Translations under genes and position numbers: made by a program
Part shown: positions 44,920 to 58,050 of the stretch, in pieces
Numbering within the stretch: the stretch's first letter is position 1
Layout of the letters: each line of letters begins with the position of its first letter
NCBI RefSeq assembly: GCF_036321535.1
Contig: NC_087447.1
Location: 38,938,001 to 39,002,000 of the forward strand
Length of the DNA: 64,000 bases
Reading direction: 5' to 3'
Source of the DNA: Camelus dromedarius
Taxonomy: Eukaryota
The notes under the pieces: model-generated
Told to the model about the DNA's origin: nothing
Database searches by the model: none
The model's input: only the letters and a program-made list of their open reading frames with translations

Positions 44920-44985
44920 AAGAACATGATGAAGTAACTGCTTATTACTCTTGAGACCATCATCTATTTGAAACCGTACCCTTAT

Positions 44986-45636
44986 AGTTAACAGAAACTG
45001 GTGAATAGAAGAAATTCTTGAGCTTGTCTTACAGAATAGCAGCTAAGGTAACAGCTTATTAAAAACCCCTCTGCTTGTAACCTAACTTCACTGATCAAGC
45101 TCACCTTAATTCTTTCTTTTGACTCCTTAACTGCCCCCTATAGATAACACCTCTGTTGTATGAGTCCCTAAAGTATTGGGGGCTTACACTGTTTTTCAGA
45201 AACTTGGAGTCAGCTCTTCTTCAGTTTCAGCCAGCTAAGATAGGTTGGGACCACTGACCCTAAAACTGGGCCTGTGCAGGTGTTCAGTGAATGACCTTTT
45301 GACGTTAGAGGGCCAAAAACTCCACCCTCAGATCATGCTAAGTACCTCATTTTTTAACATCTCAAGAAGCATGTAACTCAGATACATCTGCAAAGAACAC
45401 CAATTATTTCACCGTTCCCCTACCTCCAATCACCTTTCCTCAGGCCTAAAATCACTCTGCTTCTTTACTGCATAGAAATCTCATGCCGCTTATCTTCAGG
45501 GGAGGTATATCTGAGATTTGTTCTTCTATCTACTCCACTTGGCTGCCTCCTGAATAAGCCCTTTCTCTGCTGCAAACCTCAGTGTCTCAGCATTTGGCTT
45601 GCTCCATGTCAAGCAAATGAACCCGGCTCAGTAACA
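44986..45636 (+). mobile_element. ERV1 solo LTR (MER41-like)
   Basis: 'gacgttagagggccaaaaactccaccctcagatcatgcta' resembles the MER41 family; ends GTAACA. Confidence 0.6.
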
Positions 45637-45716
45637 GATCTGACCCATGCTGAACCTATTTCATGGGACTGTGGAACAGCAGAGTATTCCTTACTACATT
45701 TTTAAGCTACCAAGTA

Positions 45717-45937
45717 CAGATGATCCTTGAACAACACAAGTTTGAACTACATGGGTGCACTTATATGCAGGTTTTTTCCCCAGTAAATGTGTACTAAAGT
45801 ACTACACGACATGCAGTTGGTTGAATCTGAGGACATAGAATCATGGATACAGAGGACCAACTGTAAAATTATATGCAGATCTTTGACTTTGGGAGAATCG
45901 GCACCCCTAACTCCCACTGCTATTCCAGGGTCAACTG
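45717..45937. mobile_element. Tigger2-related MITE, opposite orientation to the 16766 copy
   Basis: Terminal inverted repeats CAGATGATCCTTGAA...CAGGGTCAACTG with TA flanks. Confidence 0.8.
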
Positions 45938-46789
45938 TATTTTTACTACCAAATAACTTCATTCACTGAATAAAAAGTTCATTTTCCCATATTTGCTTAA
46001 CTGTGAACTTCTAACAAGCAGGATACCACTTAGAGTTGTCACACTTCTAGCCAAAAACAAGCCAATTCATTTCAGTTAGACTATTAAGGGGCCTCACATT
46101 GCAGGGAAGTACATCTTTTAAGATGTCTGATAGACTCCCATCTGGAGGCATACTGGGTACCACTGGTCTAGTATCTTATTACTGTATTTTAATAACTCTA
46201 GAGTCTTTAGTGTTTTGGTTAAGACTCAACATAAAAGAAAACCTCCTCTGCAAGTGAGCTGTAAGCAACAAATGAAGGACCAAAATGCAAATTCAAAATG
46301 TACAAACTACTGCAGTCAAACTGATAAGAATAGTGGGTTCCTTTCTCCTTTCAAAAATTAAGGCTTATAAGGCATTTTTCCACAAACAAAAGAATAGCTC
46401 TAACATCTTAGTTAACATTTCTTTTTTCAATAAAAGATGCTAGTGTCCAACCCTGCTGTAAGCACTCATTGAAGTAAATATAATGGCCACTCTGTTTGCC
46501 TACACAGGCACTGATATACCAATATTTAACTCTCTGTATCCAATTTTCCCCAGCGTCTAAGATATTTCTTGGTAGTAAGGAACTCAGCTGATTCATTAGT
46601 TCTTAGGGCACTGCACAGCCACTTTGTATACTGATGTTGCTCTATAAACATGGCACTTCAGCAAGTTAAAATGCTTCTATGACTTCATTATCCTGGAAAA
46701 TATCAGACACCAAGAAAAATCAGACTAAATTCCTTGAGTGATATAAGTGATATAAAAATCAAACAAAAAAATCTTAAAAAGTCAAGTTC

Positions 46790-46901
46790 AGAGAAGGAGA
46801 AGGCAATAGCTCAGTGGTAGAGTGCACGGTTAGCATGCACGAGGTCCTGGGTTCAATCTCCAGTACCTCCATTAAAAAAAAAATTAAACTAAAAATTTTT
46901 C
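46790..46901 (+). mobile_element. tRNA-Ala-derived SINE (Vic-1-like)
   Basis: TAGCTCAGTGGTAGAG...TTAGCATGCACGAGGTCCTGGGTTCAATCTCCAGTACCTCCA plus A tail; 13-bp TSD AAAAGTCAAGTTC. Confidence 0.9.
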
Positions 46902-47445
46902 AAAAGTCAAGTTCTACTTCATCAGAGAGGAAATGTCAATTCTATAGTATTAAAATTACCTGCTGACAAGAAAAAATTTTTAGCAATATCCACTTTCCTC
47001 TGTTTCTGTCCTCAAGGCCTGTACCAGTAGGGTAACTGCTCTACTGTAAAGCACACAGAAGGGCTGTGCTCTTGTTGACACAGTTTGGTAATAAACAGTT
47101 CCACGGCTTGCAAAAAATGTATTCAATTCCATCGTAAAATTTTTAAAAAGTAATCTCCAAAAGTCACATACGATTCTTATTTAGATACTGTGCTACTGTC
47201 TCTCCTTAAAAAGTTTTCATGTTAAGACCTGTAATTTTTATCTTAATATGTTCAGACTCAGGAAAGTGGAATATAGGATTCCAGTATACAAAGGTATAAA
47301 TATTTTAAGTGTATTACCAAAGATAAAGCTTCTCAAACTTTACCAACAGAGGAAACTGAAATATCCTGTTTTGTTCAAAATTCATGAAAGCTGAGCATCT
47401 CATTCCAAAAGGTAACTAAAGATTAACATAAAAATATTTCACTCT

Positions 47446-47556
47446 GAAAAATATGAAAACAAATACATGTGTATTCATGTATGACTGAAGCATTGGGCTG
47501 AACACCAGAAACTGACACAACATTGTAAACTGACTATTCTTCAATAAAAAAAAAAA
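47446..47556 (+). mobile_element. Very short L1 3' end with poly(A)
   Basis: Homologous to the terminal ~110 nt of the other L1 copies ('gacacaacattgtaaa...caataaaaa'). Confidence 0.8.
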
Positions 47557-47567
47557 TGTTTTTTTTA

Positions 47568-48101
47568 CTCTTTTTCTCCCTGACTGCTTGATGATCAGCC
47601 ATCTCATGAATGATACAATAACTCTCTAGACCAGGAAGTTCGTGACCAACCGACTACTTTAGCAGAAACAAATGGTCATCGATGTCCTTCACTCTGGGAA
47701 AGCAAAGCAGCTAACACAGAAATTTGGGGAAAACTAGCCAAAATGTACAAGACCATACCAGATGTTATGTTTGTATTTGGATTCAGGACCCATTTTGGTG
47801 GTAGCAAAACAACCGGCTTTAGCAGCATTTATAATTCCTTGGATTATGCAAAGTAAAACGAACCCAAACATAGATCTGCAAGATAAGGCCTGTATGAGAA
47901 AAAAAAGACTTTGAGAAAACACTAGAAGGAACCTTTTTGAGAAGAGGCAAGGGGATTGCAAAGGCCAATGTTGGTGCTGGCAAAAGAAAGCTGGTGAATG
48001 GACAACGGAAGGAGTAAAGATTCTGCAGCAACTGTATCTGTAGTGATTCTGCAGACTTTTCATTAGAGGATTAATAAACTAGGAACTTTAATATGAAAAA
48101 A
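47568..48101 (+). pseudogene. RPS24: Processed pseudogene of 40S ribosomal protein S24, antisense within FAR1 intron 1
   Basis: From ATG 47606: [31 protein letters not shown].../[30 protein letters not shown]...SLDYAK*NEPKHR...AKANVGAGK; no introns, several stops and a frameshift; 5' pyrimidine tract; AATAAA at 48073-48078. Confidence 0.93.
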
Positions 48102-48284
48102 GATATGAATGTTTCATGTTACTCAGTAAAACTGATTTTAACAGGAAAATGTACCACATATACCCTAAACACTACACGTAGGCTACATACAAGTTTATCC
48201 CCAAAATTGCCTCAGGCTAATCATGTTATCTTGTGTGGTCTAATTTAAAATTACTGAAGCCTATTCATTAAGATTAACAACTTT

Positions 48285-48432
48285 CTTTTTAAAAAAAATT
48301 TGTTGTTTGGGGGGGTAATTAGGTTTATTTATTATTATTGTTATTTTTTATTTAAAGAATGTACTGGGGATTGAACCCACAACCTCGTGCGTGCTAAGTA
48401 TGCGCTCTAATCACTGAGCTATATCCTCCCCT
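48285..48432 (-). mobile_element. tRNA-Ala-derived SINE, longer-tail variant
   Basis: Same body plus 'AAACCTAATTACCCCCC' tail on the reverse strand. Confidence 0.85.
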
Positions 48433-50884
48433 CAGCCAACTTTGTAGAATCAGGTATTCCACTGGTTGTAGAAGCATTTAGACTCTGATTAAAAGTAGTT
48501 TATACTCTGTCTGATTATTATAGCAAATGATTGGCAATTCTTAACTACAGAAAAGTACTTTGAACCTCCTGTTGTATGCTGTATTTCCTCTATGTTTCTT
48601 TCATATCACTTTCTCATGAAGCCTTCTGAATCTGTTCCCAGCGCTGAACCTAAAAACAGGCTCTATTCTGCCAAGGCAGCATTTTCAAATTGTGCTAAAT
48701 GGGGCTGGGAAACTGTATATTTTATCCCCAACCAGGAAATCAGCAAAGTACATTAGCAAATCAAAGACCTACAAAATTTCCTGAGGTAAAAAACCCATAG
48801 ATCTCTTTTCAGGCCTAGCCCTTCACCAATTTCCCAACACAATTAGGGAAACAATGCTTCTGAAAAGCTCACTGATTACCATATCAGCCCTCTAAGGCAA
48901 TGATTGCACAGACAGGGCCAAACCTCCCATGGACAATGATTTAGAAAGCCATGACCTTCCTTTGATCCATAAGGCTACTTTGAATAAACTATTAAGCCAG
49001 TTACAAAGAGCTGCAAAAATGAACATGTTATTAGAATGTACCAAAGACTTCAGTTTATATACAATTAATAACTGATTGCTGCAACTCACAATGCTGCAAA
49101 GCTCCTACCACATATACACACTCAAGAGCTGGAATTCAGTAATTTTTAACAGGAATAATCGCTGTCAGTGAAACTCTGTTGTCTTCAGCTCGTCATAGTT
49201 TTCAATTATCATTATTCTCATTTTCTAATTAAAAATCACCATTAGTTGAGCTTCATTATTATCATTTTAGTTGTCTTATTACACCTGCAGAATATATTAT
49301 ACAATTCCACCACTGGAATTTGAGGCTTACAGTTTTCCAACTAGTCTAGACTTAAAGCATATTCAGTGATTCAATTAGGAAACATCCATATCCCTAACTG
49401 CTGAAGAAAATCACTTTCCCCAAAAATGCTTATACTTTGACAATTTAGTTATTATTATTCCACTAGAAAGTGGGAATTATTGAGGTAAAGAATGACATAG
49501 CTAAAGGGCCTAGATTAAAAAGAGCTTGAGGGTCACTGTTTAAAGGATCCTTACGCCAGCTATGGGGCCACTAATGTAGGGGCTGGTCTTCTGCCTGGCC
49601 AGCAGGTCCACATTAACCAAATGTGGCATAAAGATTTGAAATCAGAGCTCTTCATGGAAGCTCTTCTCTGAACTTGGATGTCATCCCTCCAGTCTCTAGT
49701 TTTAAGTAGGAAGCTTACAGGAATGTCTGAAAACAATTAAATCTCATAACAAAGCCTCTTCTCAAAATCTTTTCCTGATTTATCTTTAAAACTTTGCCAG
49801 GTTCATATGTACAGCTTGTAATTAAATGCTGTCAAGCAGGAATTGACATAGAAAGGTATAGAAAATAGGAGGGAAGTGTTTGATGGCTTTGTGGATTCTT
49901 AGTGTCTGTTTCCAGCTGTGAAACTGACTTCAGCGCCTAAGAAGCCTACCCAGTAAGCCTTGTAACTATGGGTTACTGTGCTAAAGATGGGATGAGAACA
50001 TATACAGCAAAGTAAAAACTTTAGCTTTAGCGTATAAAACCTCAGTAAATTCTTAGTCAATTATTCAACAAAGAATCAGTCACAATGCTGAAAACTCTAG
50101 CATTAGATATTTCCTTCTCCAGAAACTGAAATCCAGAATGAAAAGACAGCCAAGATAAGTAAGTGCAACAGACTTACCAAAAATAAGGTAAAGTAATGAA
50201 AAACTACACTGTTGGGACTGCTGCTAACCACCTGACCTTGGGAAAGTCAATTAACTGCTCTGTTCATTCATAAAATTCATTGAAGGGGAGCCAAACCACT
50301 GATGGATAAAGCCCCTTCTAGCTCTCAAAGTTTATATATTACTATGTACTAGAATAAGTTGTTTCCTAGTAGTACCTTAGATACTAAGAAAATTATTAAC
50401 TCCAACGGGTCACAAGGGTTATCACTTTAAAGCAATACACCTAGAATTCACTGATCTTCAAACAACCTATGCGCTGCTCTGTAGGTCAAATGTCCCATTA
50501 GCAGGTAACTGACCTGTTTCTTTCTATCTCCTAAGGATTCTGCTTATGCTCATAACCGTTACAATGATTATATTTTAGGTACAATCCACAAGTTTTTAAA
50601 ACCATATATTTCTAAATAATTTATTTAGGACCGTTCTTCAAACAAGATGGATGATAAAAACTTATGATATCAGGGCTCAACTGAGAATCAATCCTTTGTC
50701 AGCCCAACATGCATTTCTAAGCTGCTGTATCATATCTAGGAGTTATTTTAACACAAATGTGAACCTCAAAATACTTTAACAGTTCCTTTCCTCCACAGAT
50801 CTTAACTATTTAAAGACAAGAGAGGTCAAAGAAATTTCTTCCTTCACCTCTGAAAAAATAGTATTTAGGCATTTATTCATTCTT

Positions 50885-50997
50885 CTTTTTTCTTTTTTTT
50901 TTTTTTGCGGGGAAGGTAACTAGATTTTTTTTTTATTGGAGGTATGGGGATTGAACCTAGGACTTCCTGCATGCCTAGCACTGAGCTATACCCTCCC
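50885..50997 (-). mobile_element. tRNA-Ala-derived SINE with internal deletion
   Basis: SINE body; 15-bp TSD CATTTATTCATTCTT at 50870-50884 and 50998-51012. Confidence 0.85.
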
Positions 50998-52589
50998 CAT
51001 TTATTCATTCTTAAGTTCTTAAGTCTTATACTACTTTCTGTTATTTCAGGATGGACAGCAGCCACTATATAAAGTTCCATACACTGATTCCAAAAATGTT
51101 GGTAAAATCATTCCTACATATTCATTAAACTGGCTACAGCTTCTTTTCCCCCAAGAATCCAATTCAGAATTGGTCTTTTTTCAAATTAGGCATTTCCATA
51201 ATGAAGTTTATAATTTCATTCAATAATGAAAAACACTTGTTTTTAAAAAGTGAGGCACACACAAATAAATTTATGCTGAATTTCAGCAGTATGCTTTCTG
51301 CCTATACACTAAAGAATGAATTATTAAACCAGAATCCATAAATCGTCGAAGATACCTGAATGGCTTTTGAAAGTCTTATTAACCTTCTGAAATTATATGA
51401 AAAACTAAGTGTATACGTAAATTTTTTTCTGAGAAGAGATAGCACAAAGCTTTGAGGAGATACTGAAAGAGGTTCATGACCTCTGACTAAGACTCTCTGC
51501 ATTATACAATGTATTTTAAGATCTTAATTCTCAACTAATATTTCAAAGTATTTAAGTTAATACTCAAAAACAGTAAGATACAGTGGTAAGAATTCCTTAC
51601 ATCCAAGGAGGATTTCTCATGTGACTATCCTGCCAACATTTCTGGCAAGAATTCCATAAAAGACAAGAATGATCTAGGACTAAATACTTCTAAGTAATCT
51701 TAAAACCATCAAATGGTTAAAATTTAAGTTAAACACACACAAAAGCACCAAGGTCATTTTCCACTTAGAATTTATAACATTGGCATAGGATCTCATGTTG
51801 CTACATTTGTTTTACATATCTATATTCAGTCTCCCCAACTACTTATCCCTGCCCTACAGTAGATTATTATATCTAATTTCTCTTGCTCAGCCCAGTATAA
51901 TATACAGTGTCATGCTGTATGGTATTAACTGGTAAAAATGTCTAGGAACTTACTTCAAAATTAAAAAAGTGGGAGAGTGGGTGGAGATACAGATGAAACA
52001 AGACTGATCACAAGTTGAAAACTGTTAAAGTTGGTGATACGCATATTTCTGTATTTTCATGTTCCTAATTTTCCATAATACAAAGTTTAAAGACACTTGC
52101 CACTGCTATTAGAGTAGACAGCTTCTTAAAGACAGATCCAGGAGTTTTCTTCTTTGTATATCTGCCTAGTAGAGAACAGATATTTACTTTGCTAAACACA
52201 TTTCATTATTCATATGAAAGGGAGCAGTACTACCTTTCAGTGAAATTTCAACAACTCTTTGATGGTATTTTATTTAAATGATTCTTTTACTAACTTACAT
52301 AAAACATATTCACTCGTTCATTAACTACTGAATATCTGCTTTCTCAGATCTCCTGTCTTGGTAAATGGAGGATATAAAAAATAATCCATACTCTCTGGTA
52401 AAGTAAGAATCTGACAATACCCTCAAGGATCCATGGGAAAAAGGCAGGGAAAGAAAACAGGAATATGAAGAGAAGGAAAGAAAAGTAAAAAGCAACAAAT
52501 ACAGTTGCTTTAAAAATCTAAGGCATCCATGTTTTTAATTAGAAAGAAGGCATACAGTTTGTTCAAACTAGACAGGTCTAAAAAGTTCC

Positions 52590-52740
52590 TCTCCCCACTC
52601 CATTTTACAGATGAGGAAACTAAAGCTCAGAGAAGGGAAGTGACTTGTCACAAGTTACACATCAAGTTGCTAACAAAACCAAAATTAAAATTCCAATTTG
52701 CTGATTCACAGTGCAACGTGAATTTTCTACATCAAAATAC
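52590..52740 (-). mobile_element. MIR fragment
   Basis: 'ccattttacagatgaggaaactaaagctcagaga' MIR core. Confidence 0.75.
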
Positions 52741-55033
52741 TTTCTTCTACACCATAATATTCACAAACTAAAGAGAATGACTATTTTATTATTAATATAT
52801 ACTTCAATTCTGTATTATACCATAGTTAAAAAAAAAAAGAATAAAAAAAAAGGCTAAGTAAAGGGAGGATGCTGGGAAGAAAATGCACACAACAAACTGC
52901 CAAGACAGTTATACCTGAAGACTACGTACACATACCACATTTCCTTAATTCTGAGACATTTTTGACTTTAAGACATAGTATCCATTTTGTAAATATTAAA
53001 CAAAAAAACTATAGACACTGTAAAATATTCATTTCAAAAAATACAAAAATGTGAAAACATACATCTCTAAAGCAATAAAATATAATGTACCCTATAAGAC
53101 ACACAAAAATCAGCACCATTTAAGACCATGTCTCACAAAGCACAAACATACAGAGTAAGAATCTCATCTTCTAAGGTAACAAGTACTTACTAAATACCAA
53201 AGGCTATGTGGCATTTTTTTTCAGTTGTATGTATTAATATAAAACAATTCCTTCTTGCTGTATGTTTCATATGCAAGAGTTTTGAAGTTAGGTAAAGAAA
53301 AGTTTGAATCTCAGCTCTGCCACTTAGCTCCCCCACCTTTAGAAAGTTACTATTTTCTCTAAGCCTCATTCTCTTAGTAAAATGAGATAACCACCTTAGA
53401 CAATTGCATAAGAATTAAATGTGATAATTTATTTAAGGAACATAGTACAGTGCCTAGAGGAAATATTAAATTTCCTCCCATAACTCCTATGGGCCAAATT
53501 AAATTAAACTAAAAACTAAGTACCATTCTTGACTTAGAAGGTTGGAATAAATCTACTAACCCTAGGGCAAATGATACCAAACTGCTTTGGAATAATTATC
53601 TGATAAGAAAAGCTTATTTTCTTGAAATTTATCTCTTCTTCAAACTGGGAACAGAAAACAAGGATGAATTTTAAGTGTTTAAGTTAAATTTGTTATATGC
53701 AAATTCAGCACTTCCATGTTGCCTTAGTGAACTGAGACTTTCCTAAACCCATTACAAACCCACTGAAGAGAGGAACTATAAATCAATGTGTGGGTGGAGG
53801 GAAGACTGTAAGGCCAAAAGGCAGTTAAAATGACTCAACTGCACAATTGGTTTGGTTTTTTTAAACCTTAAATTCATTCACTAAACAATGTTTAGAAAAG
53901 CCAAGACCGTATCACCATGATTCAGGGTGCTTCAGTAACCTGATCCCTCAGATTAAGCAAATGTAGTTTCGGGATATTTCTACCGGTAACAACCAACCAT
54001 TTCCAAGATGGGATTGTGCCTACCAAAGTGGCTCATATGCAGCAGGCACTGAAACAGGACCGTATTCTTCATTACCCCAAACACAGTACAGATTAACTCA
54101 TCCACATATTCCCTCACTACTAGTTCATTTTAGTTGAATGATTTCCCCCCACTAATTACAAAACAATGCTCTTTTTTAAAAACTTGGAAAAATACAAAAA
54201 GTACCCACATTTTTAAACTAACCATGATCTTAATAGCCAATGATTAAAATATTGCACAGGGACAAACCAACATTCTTTCACAGAATCTGACCATAACTGT
54301 GATCATTCCAAATTTCAAATTTGCATAGAGCACTTGCCACTAAACATAATTAACTACCAGCTTGTATCTTACTATCTTCATTCTGGCTTTCTTAAGACTA
54401 AATTCACACTACTTTTTTCCTTATTTAACAGTCTCTTCTCAATCGTTGTTCTTCTGAGTCTCTCAGTTACACATTTTGTTGCTGACCACTTCCTCTTTCT
54501 TAAAACTTTACCCTAAGTTTCCCTAAACAGTATATTCCTCAGTGTCTAAAAAAAATCTCTCCAACGAACCTTTTTGTATTTCTTCATTGGCTCGCTTCTG
54601 TTAACTCCTGACAATCTCTAAAAAATGGCCCATGTCTGACCTTGGATTTGCTTGTCAACTTTGAATCTCCAGCACTTAACACAGTGCCTGGCAAGAAGCA
54701 GATGCTCAATTAGTATTTATTTATTGACTCTGCCAACCCTGACCTACCACTCACTAGCTGTGTAACGTTGGGCAAAAAAATCTCTCTGAACCTCAGTTCC
54801 TTCATCTATAAAGTAGGGATAATCAAAGGAAGATGATGCTTGAAAACCTCAAGACAGTTTTTGGTACAAAGCAGCACCCAATAAATTCTGCTATTATTAT
54901 CAATATAATCTAGTACAGGACCCAAAAACATTTCTGCTTATTACATATGGTTGAATACCAAACCTACCTCTCAACAACTCAACTTACTTTCACCACATTT
55001 CTCTTATCACCACCATCCAAAAATGTTTTTGTA

Positions 55034-55174
55034 GGGGAGAAGGTATAGCTCAAGTGGCACAGCACATGCTTAGCATGCACAAGGTCCCGGGTTCAATCCC
55101 TAGTACCTCCTCCAAAGATAAATATATGAATAAACCTAATTATTTCCCCCCTCATACGGCAAACAAAACAAGCA
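55034..55174 (+). mobile_element. tRNA-Ala-derived SINE, longer-tail variant
   Basis: SINE body; near-perfect TSD AAAAAT(G/A)TTTTTGTA. Confidence 0.85.
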
Positions 55175-56929
55175 AAAAATATTTTTGTACTCTTTCCTTC
55201 ACTACCAGTCTCTACTCCATCATCAACTATTCAAATTCTTATCTTCTAGCCAACATACAAAACCACCATTTATCGATTAAGGCATAAAAGACTTAGCTGA
55301 CTTCCATACCCTTAAATATTCATCCAAATCTTCAATTCTACTTAAAAACCATGTTTGTCGGTCTTGTTCACAGTTGCTTATAATATGTCCATGCTACTGA
55401 AACATCATCCTCATGTCTTCCAATAACCCACATCCCAACTTCTAGGCCAAAAGAGCTCAAAACTTACCTCTTCCTGGAAACCTTCCCTGATTAACTCTAC
55501 ACCACTCAGATTACTTCTCTGCTCCGAGTCACCTTAGCACCTCAACACTTAGGTACTCTGTTATACTAAGGATAAAATGTAATTAGTGAACAGCATTACC
55601 AAGAAATTACTTTCAAAAATTATTTCTACATCCTAAATGGTCCATTAGCTATAATTCTTTGTTGAGTTGGTTAACAAGGAAGCCTCCTATACAACAAATG
55701 CTGTCTTTGGTGTTTGTCCTTGACACTCCACTATTTTACGTTTGAAAAGAATTAACTCTTCACAATCTTTTTGTTCTATCCTCAAGTAGAAATTATACCT
55801 CAGTAGTATCACCTCCTCCTGTTTAAATCCACTGGAAGTATAGAACTGGGCTGTTTTCTTTTCTACTACCCTTTCTCTGCCTACAACCCACAAATAAAAA
55901 TTCTGAAACCTTTAAACAGAAAGGTAGTAGCAGTGATGCCATTTTTTCTTTCCTCTAAGTGAAAAGAACTTTGAACCTAATTAGCTACAAAACTCTTCCC
56001 AAGATTGAAATATACCCCAATAAGCACGATACATAAATCAAATTCTGCATCAAGACGGTTGATCCTATAGAGTAACAGGATTGTACCTATGTTCATTTTC
56101 ACTTGTGTTACTGTAAGAGATCTTGCATCATTTTTAAGCTACACCACATACACCGAACAAGATAGTTGAGAAATTCCCCTGTAGGGCAAATTTTCTTAAA
56201 ATATCTTCTGATGTTGCCTTTAAACCAACACATTCTACTTCTTAACATAAAGATTTAAGGGATTTCTCACTGCCATCCAATCAAAAGCAAACACTACTTG
56301 TGCCATTACTCCTGAGAGGATGAGTTTGTGTGCTGCTGAGGCAAAACACTGAGATAAACTGTCATAGGAGCGGGAGGAGGGATGCGTTGGGCGGACGATC
56401 AGCCTCAGTGGTGAGAGTTAACAACTCTAAGTATTTAGCCCTCGATGAGAGTAAATGAATCTGGCTGACTGGCTCCTACCTGACAAAACGGACAGTTAAT
56501 CTTGCCAACTTACTCATAAAAGATCCACACCCTTCAGCTACCATAAGTAAACCTATCCCGTTTGATCCTTGTGAAATTTCTCCTAACTGGCCACCTAACG
56601 CCTTCTACTCAAACAGTCTACAGCCATACCTCACCCAAAACCTCTCGATCACCTTCTGCCTTCAGTAAATGCCTCTTACTCCAGATCCACGTGTCCCTAT
56701 TTGTCCAGCGACCTTAACCTTCAAAACCCAAGCTTGTCCTCCCTTCGTTCCCAGCTGATCTCGCCCCCGCCCCACTCTCTTGTAATGCTTTTTTCCAAGA
56801 GGCCAACCACACGCCCTGGCCCCTCAACGTCTCCCCGGGCACCCTCTTCTGAGCATCAACCTATTCCCCTCACTGTCTTCGTCCCCAGACCCAGAATTCT
56901 TCCACCACAGGCCTCTTCACTGCCACCGT

Positions 56930-58050
56930 CGAGCACACAAGTCCGCTCCTCCGTTAACTACCCCGCCCCACCTTCGCCACCTCTACGCGGCCTCGCCACC
57001 CCAGGCGGCGCCCCTAGGCTCCGCGGCTGCAAATCAGGCCCCTCCCTACCGCTCCGCTAGCGGTCGGGGCCCTCCGAGGGAGACGGCCCGGCCGAGCCGC
57101 GCAGACACCATTCCCGCTGAAGGGGCGCCTCCGTCCGGCTCGCAGCAGCCGAGGGCGGAGGCGGGGGCGGGGCGGAGGGTGTCGCCCCCGTCTCGGCCCG
57201 GCCTGACTCCCCTGTTCCCACAGCCCGGGCCAAGACCAGGCGAGGAGAGGCCCGCAGCCCGCCTCTCCCGCCCGGCGTTCCTGCCTCTCACCTAGACGCA
57301 GAGGCTCGGGCCTCGCTTTTCCCCCGGCCGTCCAGCGAGTGCTCCGCCACCGCCGCCGTCGCGCTCTCCTCACTCCCTCTTCCACCGCTCCCGACCTGCA
57401 GCTGAAGAGCGGACGGGTAGTGGCACGACCATTGGCTACGGCCCGCACTCACGTAAGCCGGCCCCGACCCGAACCTCGGGATGTGACTGGCTGGCGCGGC
57501 GCCTCTTTTCCACGTCTGGTCCTGATTGGCTCTCTCGCACCCCCTTACCAAGAGGATCGCTCACCCTCCTCCAGGCTTCGGCCTCCCACCCCTTCAACCC
57601 CGTTTCCATCCGGGCGGGAGGGGGACCGGAGAGGGCGCGGGTGCGACGCGAACTGCCAATAGGAGGGCGGAGAGAGGGCCGGGAGGTGGGCTCTGCGGCC
57701 GGCCGGCCCGCGGGGAAAGTTCAGCCAATGGGCGCGCACCCCACATCCCGGGCTCAGGAGCGCCCCAGCCTGGCCGCTCGGGTTCCGGCGGGTCGCGCCC
57801 AGGGCTACGCCCCGGCTGCTGGTCGCTTGGGAGGGGCGCCCACTGGAAAGGTGGGGAGGATGCGGCGAGGCCGGCGGGGAGACAGTGGGCAGCCATTGTG
57901 GCGTGCTCCCTCACTGTCTACGTGAGGCCGGGCGCGCCTCTAACGGGGCTGGCTCGGGTCGGTGAGAGCGGGGCCGTCCTGTCGTCCGCTGGAACCTCGG
58001 CGGGATGCCCCATAGGGAGCAAGCCGAGCGTGCGTCTCGTCCAGCCCCGC
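56930..58050. promoter_or_regulatory. FAR1: FAR1 CpG-island promoter with GC boxes and four CCAAT boxes (57431-57435 -, 57525-57529 -, 57656-57660 +, 57725-57729 +)
   Basis: Sharp rise in GC and CpG against an AT-rich background; motifs read directly; no obvious TATA box. Confidence 0.9.
57292..57410 (-). other. FAR1: FAR1 non-coding exon 1 (5'UTR); TSS approximate
   Basis: Donor TAG|GTGAGA at 57291 inside the CpG island, just downstream of minus-facing CCAAT boxes; exon 2 has an acceptor 7 nt before the ATG, so an upstream exon is required. Confidence 0.7.

Noticed and set aside
46800..46871. Functional tRNA-Ala gene
   Set aside because: The 5' acceptor-stem strand is disrupted, it has an A tail and TSD, and five related copies occur nearby: a SINE
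57510..57529. ER-stress element (ERSE/UPRE)
   Set aside because: Reads CCAAT-N9-ACGTGG; the CCACG half is in the wrong orientation for ERSE and AGACGTGG mismatches UPRE
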